A stretch of 64,000 nucleotides of DNA from Dendrobates tinctorius (Eukaryota): contig NW_027361688.1 in assembly GCF_039654945.1 (NCBI RefSeq), positions 1,612,001 to 1,676,000 of the forward strand, written 5' to 3'. Positions 42,721 through 54,316 of the stretch are shown piece by piece. The notes below the pieces were generated by a model that was not told the DNA's origin, made no database searches, and worked only from the letters and a program-made list of their open reading frames with translations. The translations under genes and the position numbers were made by a program. Every line of letters starts with the position of its first letter. Position 1 is the first letter of the stretch.

Positions 42721-44358
42721 ATGGCGTCTGCAGGTCTTGAAAAGCAGCTGGACTGCTCCATCTGTCTGAGCCTGTATGCAGATCCTGTAACCCTGAGCTG
42801 TGGACACAACTTCTGCCGGGACTGTATTGATCAGGTCCTGAATACACAGGACGGGTCTGGAGTTTATTCCTGTCCTGAATGCAGAGAAGAGTTTCAGGAG
42901 CGGCCGACACTGAGGAGGAACATAACTCTAAGTAACTTATTGGAGAACTTGCTGTCTAATCATGGGGATTATGCATTAAACCTCTATACTTACTGTGTGG
43001 ACTCGACTGTACCTGCCAATGAGTCATATCTACACAGTGAGGCTTCTCTGTGTGATGGTCACCTGAACATTCACACTAAAGGAGCAGAACACATCCTCAC
43101 TGATCCCACCACTTCTCTCGAGAACTGGACATGTTCTGTCCATAAGCAGATCCTGGAATATTACTGTACTGAGGACAAGGCTTGTATCTGTGTGTCCTGC
43201 AGTTTGGTTGGAGAACATCAGGAGCATAAACTGGAGTCTTTAGATGAGGCCTTTCGGAAAAGGGAGAAATTGAAAAACTTTCTACAGAAAATTACGACAC
43301 AGAGAAAAAAAACTGAAGAAAGAGTCTGGATCCTGGAGGAGCACAAGAAAATGGCTCACGAAAAAGCCACCAAAGAAGCCAAGAGGGTCTCTGCCCTGTT
43401 TAGAGACATCAGGAGACGGCTGGATGAGCTACAGAATAGGGTCCTTACTGACATCTACTTGCGGGAACAGCAGGTGACAATGCCACTTTTTGATATGATC
43501 CAGAAACTGGAAATAAAGAAGGACGAGCTGTCCAGGAAGATGAGACACATTGAGGAGCTGTGTAACATGACGGATCCACTGACTGTCTTACAGGAACCAG
43601 ACACCGGTGACTTGTGTCATCCTGAGGAGGGTGGAGATGACATATGGAGGCATAATGGAGGCGGTAATGACACAGGAGGACATGGAGGTGATCGGAGTGT
43701 GGTGATGACCTCCCACATATCACGCACATTGTATGATATGATGATTGATTTAAATGTGACCTTCTATGTTCAGGATCCTGCAGACATATCCCTGAACGTA
43801 AACACTGCTAATAATAATCTCCTTATATCAGATGATCTGAAAACTGTGACCTGGACAGAAAGAAGACAGAATCGTCCAGAAACAGCAGAGAGATTCCAGG
43901 GTTATCAGGTGATGAGCTGTAGCAGACTTGCCTCAGGACGACATTACTGGGATGTGGAGATCAGTAGATCAGATTTGTGGATGGTGGGCATGTGTTATTC
44001 CAGGATAGACAGGATGGGGCATCACTCCTACTTTGGAAATAATGGCCATTCCTGGTGTTTATATAGAGGGCTGGAGTATAATAATCATTATTCGGTGAAA
44101 CATTTGGGTATGGTGCTCCCGTTACCTCAACAGATCACCACTGATCGGGTCAGGATATACCTGGATTACGAGGCCGGGTTGCTGTCCTTCTATACACTGT
44201 TTGGCCCCATCAAACACTTGTACACCTTCACTACCGTCTTCACCGAGCCCCTACATGCTGCGTTATATGTATATGGAGGGTCTATAAAGCTATTAGGGGG
44301 GGAGGAGCAGCAGATGAAAGACCTCATCCACATAGAGCGACGATCGGGGGTCTTGTAA
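42721..44358 (+). CDS. TRIM E3 ligase (RING, degenerate B-box 1, B-box 2, coiled coil, PRY/SPRY), TRIM25/39-like, intronless, 545 aa
   Basis: CSICLSLYADPVTLSCGHNFCRDC...CPEC; CSVH...YYC...CVSC...EHQEH; GRHYWDVEI; LDYEAG; the ATG is preceded by a polypyrimidine-CAG acceptor. Confidence 0.95.
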   Translation: MASAGLEKQLDCSICLSLYADPVTLSCGHNFCRDCIDQVLNTQDGSGVYSCPECREEFQERPTLRRNITLSNLLENLLSNHGDYALNLYTYCVDSTVPANESYLHSEASLCDGHLNIHTKGAEHILTDPTTSLENWTCSVHKQILEYYCTEDKACICVSCSLVGEHQEHKLESLDEAFRKREKLKNFLQKITTQRKKTEERVWILEEHKKMAHEKATKEAKRVSALFRDIRRRLDELQNRVLTDIYLREQQVTMPLFDMIQKLEIKKDELSRKMRHIEELCNMTDPLTVLQEPDTGDLCHPEEGGDDIWRHNGGGNDTGGHGGDRSVVMTSHISRTLYDMMIDLNVTFYVQDPADISLNVNTANNNLLISDDLKTVTWTERRQNRPETAERFQGYQVMSCSRLASGRHYWDVEISRSDLWMVGMCYSRIDRMGHHSYFGNNGHSWCLYRGLEYNNHYSVKHLGMVLPLPQQITTDRVRIYLDYEAGLLSFYTLFGPIKHLYTFTTVFTEPLHAALYVYGGSIKLLGGEEQQMKDLIHIERRSGVL

Positions 44359-44411
44359 TCTGCACAATATGAAGTCACTTGAGGTTTTGATGGATGTTAA
44401 AATGTGGCCAC

Positions 44412-44651
44412 TAGTGATGACCGAATGCGCTCAGATAAGGCGTTATCTGAGCATGAGTGTCTTCAGCATACTTGAAAAATATGTTTGAGTCCCTGTGGCT
44501 GCTTGTTTTGTGCCTGTTAGACAGCAGCAACGCATGCAGGGATTGCCTAGCAGCCGCGGGGAGTCAAACATATTATTCGCACACACCGAAGACACTCGGT
44601 TAGCACCCAAGCATGGATAATGCCTTATCCGAGCATGTCTGCCCATCACCA
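44412..44651. mobile_element. hAT-type MITE
   Basis: TAGTGATG...CATCACCA with a perfect 8-bp TSD GTGGCCAC. Confidence 0.8.
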
Positions 44652-47039
44652 GTGGCCACAATAAATGTCCTTTGGATAAGGCCTAATTATTTCTCTTAAT
44701 GACGTTTGTGCCTCTATTTCCTATCGGTTTGTCGAGGTAACGATCCTGGGGCGCTCTCTACAGCAGCCGACGCGTTGCGGTGTAAAGTCGCTCATTGAGG
44801 GACCTTTTTGCTTTTATACCGATCCGTTAACAAGACCAGAATTTCGGCGTGTGATATTTTCTCCACTTTCAATCTACAAGTCGTCTAAATTGGCGGATTC
44901 TGATGCCGAAGATTTCCAGCAGCGTCTCTGCACGGTGGGGGCTTCATCTTTAGGCTTTGTGCCCGTGCTTAGGATATAGCAGAGTTTTGGACGTTACTTT
45001 TGCTGTGTTGTAAATGCGCATGTGTTCACTGAACCATGCAGATTTACCGCCTGTACTGAGTGGCTATGGGTGATACTATCCAGAGACTGGCATCTCCATT
45101 ACAGATGACTCGTAAGCCTGCACCACGGGGGGAGTTTACCCAGCGTCAAATAGAAGCACAGTGGGTGTGGGATTTCTATAAATCCCATACACTATGCTTG
45201 TAACCTAGAACGTAGCAGTTTGGACGCAGCACAGGTGAGCTGGGTCCAAACCACCGCTATTCCGGAATGTGGGCACAAATCCTTATGGGTCCCAGTGCTG
45301 CTCCAGGTGATGTGAGGTGTGCTGTATTTTGATGTTATTGCAACTCTGTATACATGCTGTATTTCGTCTCTTTTTGTTTTTTCATTTATAACTTGGTGAT
45401 GAGTAAATGTGTTATCTGATCTGTATATATACTGTATTTGGTTTTTTTTTTTTTCTTCTTTCGAATATATTTATTAGTGATGAGTAAATGTGTTATCTGA
45501 GCATGCTCGTGTGCTCAAAAATATGTTTGAGTCCCCGCACCTGTATGGCTCGCACCTTTTTGACAGCTGCACCACATGCAGCTGTGGGAGACTTTATCTT
45601 TTTTTTTTTTTTTGAAGAGTCGGTTTGCACACAAGCATGCTCGGGTAACAACTATCACAACACATTCGCTCGCGGTGAACTCTGTTCAACAAGAAAACAT
45701 GGAAGAAGCTCACGATCAAAAACGACGACTCTCAGGCCTTGCTACAGCAGACTACGTGAAAGGACCGACTCTACCTCCTCTGCTTCACTTTCTTTTATTT
45801 TTATTGAGTTGTGTGTTTAAGTTCTTTTAAATATACACTTTTTTCCAAACTCTTCTGTTCACTGTCCTGAGTATACACTGGAGAATCCTGCAAACAAGTA
45901 ATATCATGCCCTATTTCCCTGATGGGGCATGGTATCACCGATTGTATTCCACATGGATCACCTGAGCCCTGCTGATCGCAGGTCAGGGTCATGATGTCGC
46001 CCCCCAGGTGCTGAACACCACCTCCAAAGTGTGGCACACTGAAGTGATAGCGCCTCTCGCTTTACTCTGCTAATGAATGCAAATTTTAAAAAGTACCTCT
46101 TGATACTAACCACTCATAGATGGGGTGCTGCTGGCGGTGGCCCTCCCGGTTGTGTTTTTGACAAAAGTGTACGAGACAGGACAGATGGAAAGGAGACTCT
46201 GCTTGGCAGTCTGAAAGACTGAGATAGGTGTGTAATGTGGAGCCAGAGCTCAGATTACTCAGTGTTGTATCGGGTACCCCCCCCCCCATCTTATGGACCA
46301 TCCCTCCACCCATTCCAATAACCTGGCTCAATAAACTACCGAAACAATTATTAGACCACATGGAAATCCAAGCCTCCTAGAATGACTATGCTATTGATTA
46401 AAACCAGAGGGGCCCTTGGATTACCAACCCAATATTGTCACCCAAACAATATTATTTTACATCCATGCATACAAGACATGTTGGTATTATGAGAGGTAAA
46501 ATGGATCCAATGTTAAGTTTCGCAAGTTAAGCGCAAAACGTCCATCACGCCTCTCGTTAGAAATCCCTGCAATCTCGCTGCTAGCGCTACCCCGCTTTTA
46601 TGCCGCTCTCCTAATGAAAATAAAAATGGACGGATACACAGAGAGGGTGAGTGCGGAGTTTACTTCTCTTTTGCAAGGTGTGAAGAAATCTGATGAGAGG
46701 TTGCAGGGCAGTGATAAGGGTCTGTATACACTGGAGAAGAGCTTTATAACTGGGGCCCCAACATTCTGCCGTATGTAATGAGCAAATGACTGATGAAAAC
46801 AGACAAACGCTGACAATCTGATCCAACTCGCTGAAGAAGATCAGTCTGGTTTATCACACACAGTACGGCTGAATAAGTGATTGTCGGCTGGGTTTTGTTT
46901 TTTCTTATTTTCCTGCTGGAAAATAAAGAAGGACGAGCTGTCCAGGAAGATGAGACACATAGAGGAGCTGTGTAACATGAGGGATCCACTGACTGTCTTA
47001 CAGGAGCCAGACACCGGTGACTTGTGTGATCCGGAGGAG

Positions 47040-48072
47040 GGAGGTGATGAGGACACAGGAGGACATGATGGAGGTGACGAGGACACAGGGGGACATGATG
47101 GAGGTGATGAGGACACAGGAGGACATGATGGAGGTGACGAGGACACAGGGGGACATGATGGAGGTGATGAGGACACGGTGACGAGGACACAAGGGGAACA
47201 TGATGGAGGGGACGAGGACACAGGAGGACGTGATGGAGGTGACGGGGACATGATGGAGGTGATGAGGACACAAGGGGAACATGATGGAGGTGACGAGGAC
47301 ACAAGGGGACATGATGGAGGTGACGAGGACACAAGGGGAACATGATGGAGGTGACGAGGACTCAAGGGGACGTGATGGAGGTGAGGAGGACACAGGAGGA
47401 TGTGATGGAGGTGACGAGGACACGGGAACGTGATGGAGGTGAAGAGGACACAAGGGGATGTGATGGAGGTGATGAGGACATGATGGAGGTGACGACACAG
47501 GGGAACATGATGGAGGTGATGAGGACACAGGGGGACATGATGGAAGTGATGAGGACACAGGAGGACATGATGGAGGTGATGACACGGGGACGTGATGGAG
47601 GTGATGAGGACACGGGAACATGATGGAGGTGATGAGAACACAGAAGGACATGATGGAGGTGACGACACAGGGGGACATGATGGAGGTGATGAGTACATGG
47701 GGACGTGATGGAGGTGACGAGGACACGGGGACGTGATGGAGGTGATGAGGACACAGGGGAACATGATGGAGGTGATGAGAACATGGGGACATGATGGAGA
47801 TGACGAGGACACGGGGACAAGATGGAGGTGATGAGGACACAGGGGGACATGATGGAGGTGATGAGGACACAGGAGGACATGATGGAGGTGATGAGGACAC
47901 AGGAGGACATGATGGAGGTGATGAGGACACAGGGGGACATGATGGAGGTGATGAGGACACAGGAGGACATGATGGAGGTGATGAGGACACAGGAGGACAT
48001 GATGGAGGTGATGAGGCCACAGGTGGACATGATGGAGGTGATGAGGACACAGGAGGACATGATGGAGGTGAT
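47040..48072 (+). repeat. Coding-derived 30-bp minisatellite (DEDTGGHDGG)n
   Basis: Unit GATGAGGACACAGGAGGACATGATGGAGGT; in frame at both ends and frameshifted in the middle. Confidence 0.95.
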
Positions 48073-48344
48073 CGGGGTGCGGAGCTGATCTCACACATAT
48101 CACACACATTATCTGCTATGATAAGAGATATAAATGTGATCTTCTATGTTCAGGATCCTGCAGACATATTACTGGATGTAACCACGGCTGCTAATAATCT
48201 CCTTATATCAGACGATCTGAAAACTGTGACCTGGACAGAAATAACACAGAATCGTCCAGAAACAGCAGAGAGATTCCAGGATTGTCCTCAGGTGATGAGC
48301 AGCAGGGGATTTACCTCAGGACGGCATTACTGGGATGTGGAGAG

Positions 48345-48974
48345 CAGTGATGGGCAGTCGGTTCTTTTTGGTTATCCGGCTCTCACGGCTCTGCTTGCCA
48401 AAAAGCAGAAATGGATCTCTATTGAATGTGTCCAAGAAGTATCGTTTCTCCTTGCGGAGATTGACATGCTAAGCATGCTGAGATGAGGAGACTTAAAGCC
48501 GCAATGCTCCTCTGGGAATTATGCAAATTGTCTCTTCAAAGAGGAAGAGGACTCGAACTCTAGTGCCACCTATTGGAAGTAGCAATCCTAACAATCAATG
48601 TTGACCCTTTATTGAGGGTCTGGTTTGACTTTTTTCCTAAGTCATGTTTCAAGGCTCGTTAAAGTGTCTGTTAGAATTGCTACTTCCAATAGGTGGCACT
48701 AGAGTTCTAGTTCTCTTCCTCTCTGGAGACAATGTGCATATTGAATGTGTTCAGGTGTCTGAAACCCCACCCACCTACCGCTGAAACTCCGCCTACTTGC
48801 TAGCAACCAATTACATTGAGTGGGTGGAGTTTTGTTCGGGTGGGAGGAGTTACGTCTGCGGAACACCAGGATTTTATGCCCAGTGTGAGCCGTTCAGAGA
48901 ATTTAGAGGCTCTCACTAGGGTGTCGGCTCCCATCGTTCTCTTTACCGGATCGTTCGCAAACGACCCATCGCTA
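48345..48974. mobile_element. hAT-type MITE within the SPRY domain, with a nested palindromic element (about 48520-48742)
   Basis: CAGTGATGGG / CCCATCGCTA; TSD GTGGAGAG/GTGGAGAT. Confidence 0.8.
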
Positions 48975-49376
48975 GTGGAGATCAGTGGATCAGGATGGTG
49001 GAGATGTGTTACCCCAGCATAGACAGGAGAGGGCGTCAGTCACACATTAGAGATAATAACAAGTCGTGGTGTTTATATAAAGGGGTGATGAAAAATAATC
49101 AGTATTCAGTGATACATGACAGTGAACAGATCCCATTTCCTCACCAGATCTCCAGTGATAGAGTCAGGATATGTCTGGATTATGAGGCCGGGCAGCTGTC
49201 CTTTTATGAGCTGTGTGACCCCATCAGACACTTACACACCTTCACTGCCGCCTTCTCCGAGCCCCTACATGCTGTATTATGTATGTGGAAGATCTATAAA
49301 GATATTAGGGAGGAGCAGCTGTGAGGCACCATGAAATCTACCTAGTGACTGGTGACATCTAAGGGAGCACAATATA

Positions 49377-51156
49377 CCGTATATACTCGTGTATAAGCCG
49401 ACCCCCCTAATTTTGCAACAAAAAACTTGGAAAACTTATTGACTCGCATATAAGCCTAGGGTGGAAAATGCAGAAGCTACTGGTAAATTTAAAAAAAAAA
49501 AAAAAAGATACCAATAAAAGTAAAATTAATTGAGACATCAGTAGGTTAAATGTTTTTGAATATCCATATTGAATCAGGAGCCCCATATAATGCTCCATAC
49601 AGTTCATTATGGCCCCATAAGATGCTCCATACAAAATACACCCCATGTAATGCTGCACAAAGGTTAATAATGGCCCCATAAGATGCTCTATAGAATAAAA
49701 TGTCCCATATGCTGCTCCATAAAGGTTATGGCCCCATAAGATGCTCCATAGAATAATTTGCTCCATATGCTGCCCCATAAGATGTTCCATTGATTATGCC
49801 ACATAAGATGCTCCATAGATTATGCCCCCATAAGATGATCTGTTCTGTCCTCACTTATTGAAGCAGACTTCATGTAGCTTATACAGGCAGCTAAACTGCT
49901 ATACCGGGGTCCAATAAGGAGACTGTAGGTTGAATCTGTATTTTATTGAATGTGGTGGTATATTGATGCGGTGAAACTACAATACAAACGTATATACACT
50001 CAGTCAGTACGGGGTACATAGGAATACATAATATACATAATACATTACAAATCAACATCTGCACTAATAGCTAACCAGGGGAGAACTAACTAAGCAGGCT
50101 AGTATGAGATAGGAATTGGATACAGGAAACATAAATACATACCAGTGATGCTGTCACAAGGGGATAAGAGAAATGAGATGCTTCCTGAATGCAGGCAGAA
50201 GGAAAATAGACTGGAGGGAAAATGGGGGCTGAACTAACCATAATCCTTTGCAAAAGGCAACCAGGGGGCATTGCAACCTGACCAGAATGCACTGCAAACA
50301 GAGGGAAAGAGCAAAGTGAAAGTAAACACACAATAACCCTGCGGTTATGACTCTGGTCACTAGATGGAGCCAGAAAACACTTAAAACATTAAGAAGCAGA
50401 AAATCAGGGACTATGAATTAAATGTCGCAGACAGAACATGCTTCATAAAATTCTGCACAGATTATACCCCCATATGCTGCCCCATAAGATGCTCCATAGA
50501 TTATGCCCCCATAAGATGCTCCATAGATTATGCTCCATACGCTGCTGCAAACAAAAAAAATTGACATACTCACCTCTCGTCGCTGGGGGACAGGTGCTGG
50601 TGTCACCGCTGGCTCAGGACCCCGGCACTGGCGATATTTACCGATCCCCGCTCCATCGCTGCGCACCGCTCTGTCTCTGTCTCCCGGGTCTCTGCAGTGA
50701 CGTTCAGCAGAGGGCGTGTACTGACTACGTCATCGCGCCCTCTGACCTGAACTTCACAGTCAGAGGACGCGTAGGACAGAGCGGCAGCTGTGGGACGGGG
50801 ACAGGTGAATATTGCATATACTTATGCCCTCCTGGTGCTGTCTGTGCAGCCCCGCTTCTCCCACAGTCTCCGGCAGCTCCTCCTTCCTTCAGCGGTCACG
50901 TGGTACCGCTCATTAAAGTCATGAATATGTACATATTCATGACTTTAATGAGCGGTACCACGTAACCGCTGAAGGAAGGAGCCTGAGACCTGGGAGAAGC
51001 AGGGGGGCTGCAGAGATGTGCCAGGAGGTGGTAAGTATGATCTGACACCCCCACTCCCCCTCCTCCGCCGACCCCTGGCGTATATGACTCGCGTATAAGC
51101 CGAGAGGGGGACTTTCAGCCCCAAAAAATGGGCTGAAAATCTCGGCTTATATACGG
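49377..51156. mobile_element. pogo/Tc2-like non-autonomous element with internal about 25-bp repeats and a nested solo-LTR-like insert (49841-50438)
   Basis: TA-CCGTATATACTCG...CTCGGCTTATATACGG-TA; the insert ends are TGTTCTGTC / GACAGAACA. Confidence 0.75.
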
Positions 51157-53409
51157 TATACAAGTTTGACACCATTGCATTCGTAGTGACCTAAATTATA
51201 ATTTAAATACAATTGTATTTAATTGGTTTCTTGTTTTTGCATGATTAGAGAGGTTTTCCACCCATCTCTTGTGGGTCGTGCACATAAAGGCCGTCCTCTG
51301 CAGCGTGTCAACATCGGACATTACCAGTCTGAATCCTGCTCATATAGGTACTATACACATGGTCAGGATTTTAAATACATCGGTTAGGGACTGCTCTGAT
51401 ATGGGTTACCTTGACATTTGGTAGAGCGGCTTAGTATACATTTTTCGCCAAAAAACATCAACCAAATACCCTGTTTTTATCATCTTTGTACTAGCACTTG
51501 CTGTTTACTGTTACTTCTTTACAGCAGAGTATTTTTATATGTTTGTTTTACTGTGCTTTTCTAAAGAATCATTTGCCAGGTCACTTTTACTGCACAATGC
51601 ATACCATGAAAACAAAAAAACGCAAAAACAATGGTAACATGGCACGGGACAGTAGCTGTGGTCAAGATATTCTTGCGCCCTGGCACGTTACATGGAGGTG
51701 TCCTCGCTGGGTGTGTGGACTTGTGCTGTGAGGCCGCTATGCCCGTGCAGGCCGCATGTAACCTCTGTTGCTGGATGGCCAGGACCAGATGTCTGACAGT
51801 CAAGGACGGAGACAACCAGATTAAAATAAACCTTTCTACTGAACAATAAGTTGTGGAGAGTTATATACAATAGACAGCGGGCACATACCTTCTCCAAAGT
51901 TTCCCTGACAATGCGGAATATTTTCTCATACAAATGGAATCCCTTTTCTCTTCTCTCTCTTTACTTATCGTCTGTCTTCACGATTCCTCACCACAACCCT
52001 GTTCAGCACGACAGCTCAGCTAGTAAGAGTCCTTCACTCCACCCGCGGCTCTGTGTCTCCTTCCCCATCTAGGGAACTACACCGGCTTGTGACAGTCTTC
52101 ACCCACCTTGGCTGTTACCTATTTTGTTATATTACAATCTGTGTCTAAATACCTTTGTAATACGATTTGTGTGTGATGCATCAGCACTAAATGGTCCAAG
52201 TTGGTGAAGTGAAGTGAGAAAAATATAGGTATAAATTACATTTATGGAATCAAATAACTAAAAATTGGCAATTCTGCTATGAAGCCCCTGTCCGAGTGAT
52301 GTGCGCTGAGTCACCCGCACCCAGGTACGGACTGGGGCTGAAATTCAGTCCTGGCATTTGAAATCACTCAGGCCCATGTTGTCCCAGTCCCCATGAACCA
52401 GATGGGATATATTACTAATATTACCTTGTATGGAGGAAAGGAAGATTTTCTACAAGACCAATATTTCTAATGATACCCGTGAACACATCCACAAGGAAAT
52501 AAGATGTAACTAATATCCCAGGAAAATGAAGCGAACCAATAAATATTCTGTGATAAAATCACAATATTTTTATTTCATGAAAAAAGAATTAAAAAAGACC
52601 ACATGTCATTTTAAACATAATATACCCCTAGGTTTCGCCCCCGGAAGAAGCAAGAGGGCAAAACGCGCGTCGGGGTGCGGGGGTCTCTTGCACAGCTCCT
52701 ATTTATGGTCATATTGCAGAGAAGGTAATTAAGTTTTATACTTATATTCCATACTGTGTAACAACTGCTTCTATCTCATATATATATTTTTTCGGTGTCT
52801 CCTGCTTGGATTATTGTATAATATCTTGTGGATAAAATTATTGCATATATGGAGACTATATTATAGACCTTATTGATGTGTATCATGGAGTTAATTATTT
52901 TAATTGTTAACTTTATATAATGATATTTGAAATTAACATTAGGAAGCAGTTTTTTTTTATTATACCTCCTGTGACATTTAATTCTCTTCCTGAAGAAGTG
53001 GTGATGGCCAACTCACTGAATGAATGTAAGAAAGGAATGGAGGCTTTTCTTGTGAGTAACAGTATAGAAGGTTACGAATGAAGACAAGGCAGCCTATGAC
53101 CAGACAGACCCTTCTGGCATTTGCCAGAATTGCCAGATAGCCAGTCCGGCCGTGTTCGCACCCATAGACTTATATGGGTGCGAGTGTGCCGAGACTCGGC
53201 TGAATGTCGGTGACAATCGAAGCATGCTGCCATTTCACTCGCAGCCGAGAAAAAAAATGTGATGGGAGCTGCCCCATAGATTAAGACTGGTCTGAGTGCT
53301 ATGCGATGTTTTATCGCATAGCACTCGTCCGTATTCATCGCTAGTGTGACTCCGGCCTAACAGTAAAAGATGCAACGAAAACAATTCACATAAATACACC
53401 CCCCCAAGG

Positions 53410-53595
53410 CAGTATTCGCCAACTCCGGTCCTCAAGAGCCACCAACAAGTCATGTTTTCAGAATTTCCTTAGTATTGCGCAGGTGTTTGAATTCTTGCCT
53501 GTCCAGGTGATGCAATTATCACCTGTGCAATACTAAGGAAAGCCTGAAAACATGACCTGTTGGTGGCTCTTGAGGACCAGAGTTGAGTAACACTG
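53410..53595. mobile_element. Palindromic hAT-type MITE
   Basis: Near-complete hairpin; perfect 8-bp TSD CCCCAAGG. Confidence 0.85.
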
Positions 53596-53692
53596 CCCCA
53601 AGGAATCAGATCCTTCATGAGGCTCCTCACACTGGTCGAATGATCCATCGATCATATATTGTGCTCAATGTGATGTCACCAGTCAGATTTCT

Positions 53693-54316
53693 TCAATAAT
53701 GATATTTCCTCACAGCTGCTCCTGATATCTTTATAGAACCATCAAATACACATAATATAGCATGAAGGGGCTCGGAGAAGGTGGCAGTGAAGGTGTGTAA
53801 GTGTCTGATGGGGTCACACAGCTCATAAAAGGACAACTGCCCGGCCTCATAATCCAGACAGATCCTGACTCTATTACTGGAGATCTGGTGAGGTAACGGG
53901 ATCACTTTCCTGTTATGTCTCATTGAATACTGATTATTATTATATCTCCACAGTCCTCCAAGTAAACACCAGGACTTGTTATTATCTCCAATGTGTGACT
54001 GGCGCCCCCTCCTGTCTATACTGGGGTAACACATCCCCACACTCCACCATCCTGGCCTACTGCCCTCCACATTCCAGTAATGTCGTCCTGAGGTAAATCC
54101 TCTCCCGCTTATCACCTGAGGATGTTCCTGGAATCTCTCTGCTGTTTCTGGACGATTCTGTGTTATTTCTGTCCAGGTTGCAGTTTTCAGGTCGTCTGAT
54201 ATAAGGAGATTATTAGCAGCCGTGGTTACATCCAGTAATATGTCTGCAGGACCCTCCCCATAGATCCCTCCCGTTACCTTCTCACCATCACCCCAAGTCC
54301 TGACTATTACATCACC
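53693..54316 (-). CDS. PRY/SPRY (B30.2) segment of the third TRIM gene, in a different frame from the upstream RBCC ORF
   Basis: Open from 54316: ...GIYGEGPADILLDVTTAANNLL...GRHYWNVE...LDYEAGQLSFYELC; TGA at 54317-54319 closes this frame upstream. Confidence 0.7.
   Translation of the reverse strand, partial: GDVIVRTWGDGEKVTGGIYGEGPADILLDVTTAANNLLISDDLKTATWTEITQNRPETAERFQEHPQVISGRGFTSGRHYWNVEGSRPGWWSVGMCYPSIDRRGRQSHIGDNNKSWCLLGGLWRYNNNQYSMRHNRKVIPLPHQISSNRVRICLDYEAGQLSFYELCDPIRHLHTFTATFSEPLHAILCVFDGSIKISGAAVRKYHY

Larger units (their letters stand above)
46915..49324 (+). pseudogene. TRIM pseudogene (RING/B-boxes missing; expanded linker; PRY/SPRY interrupted)
   Basis: IKKDELSRKMRHIEELC...DLCDPEEGG, a frameshifted repeat tract, QDPADILLDVTTA...GRHYWDVE, a hAT insertion, then MCYPSIDRR...LDYEAGQLSFY. 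Confidence 0.9.

Noticed and set aside
45840-46600. Possible old L1-like ORF2 remnants (also about 56300-57450 and 1-1000)
   Set aside because: Only a vague resemblance with no diagnostic motif I can verify without a search.
46744-48109. Long His/Pro/Ser-rich minus-strand ORFs (up to 422 aa)
   Set aside because: Antisense readings of the TRIM linker minisatellite.
53428-53575. AAGAGCCACCAAC / GGTGGCTCTT resembling histone stem-loops
   Set aside because: Only half of the hairpin is present; these are the arms of a palindromic hAT MITE with an 8-bp TSD.
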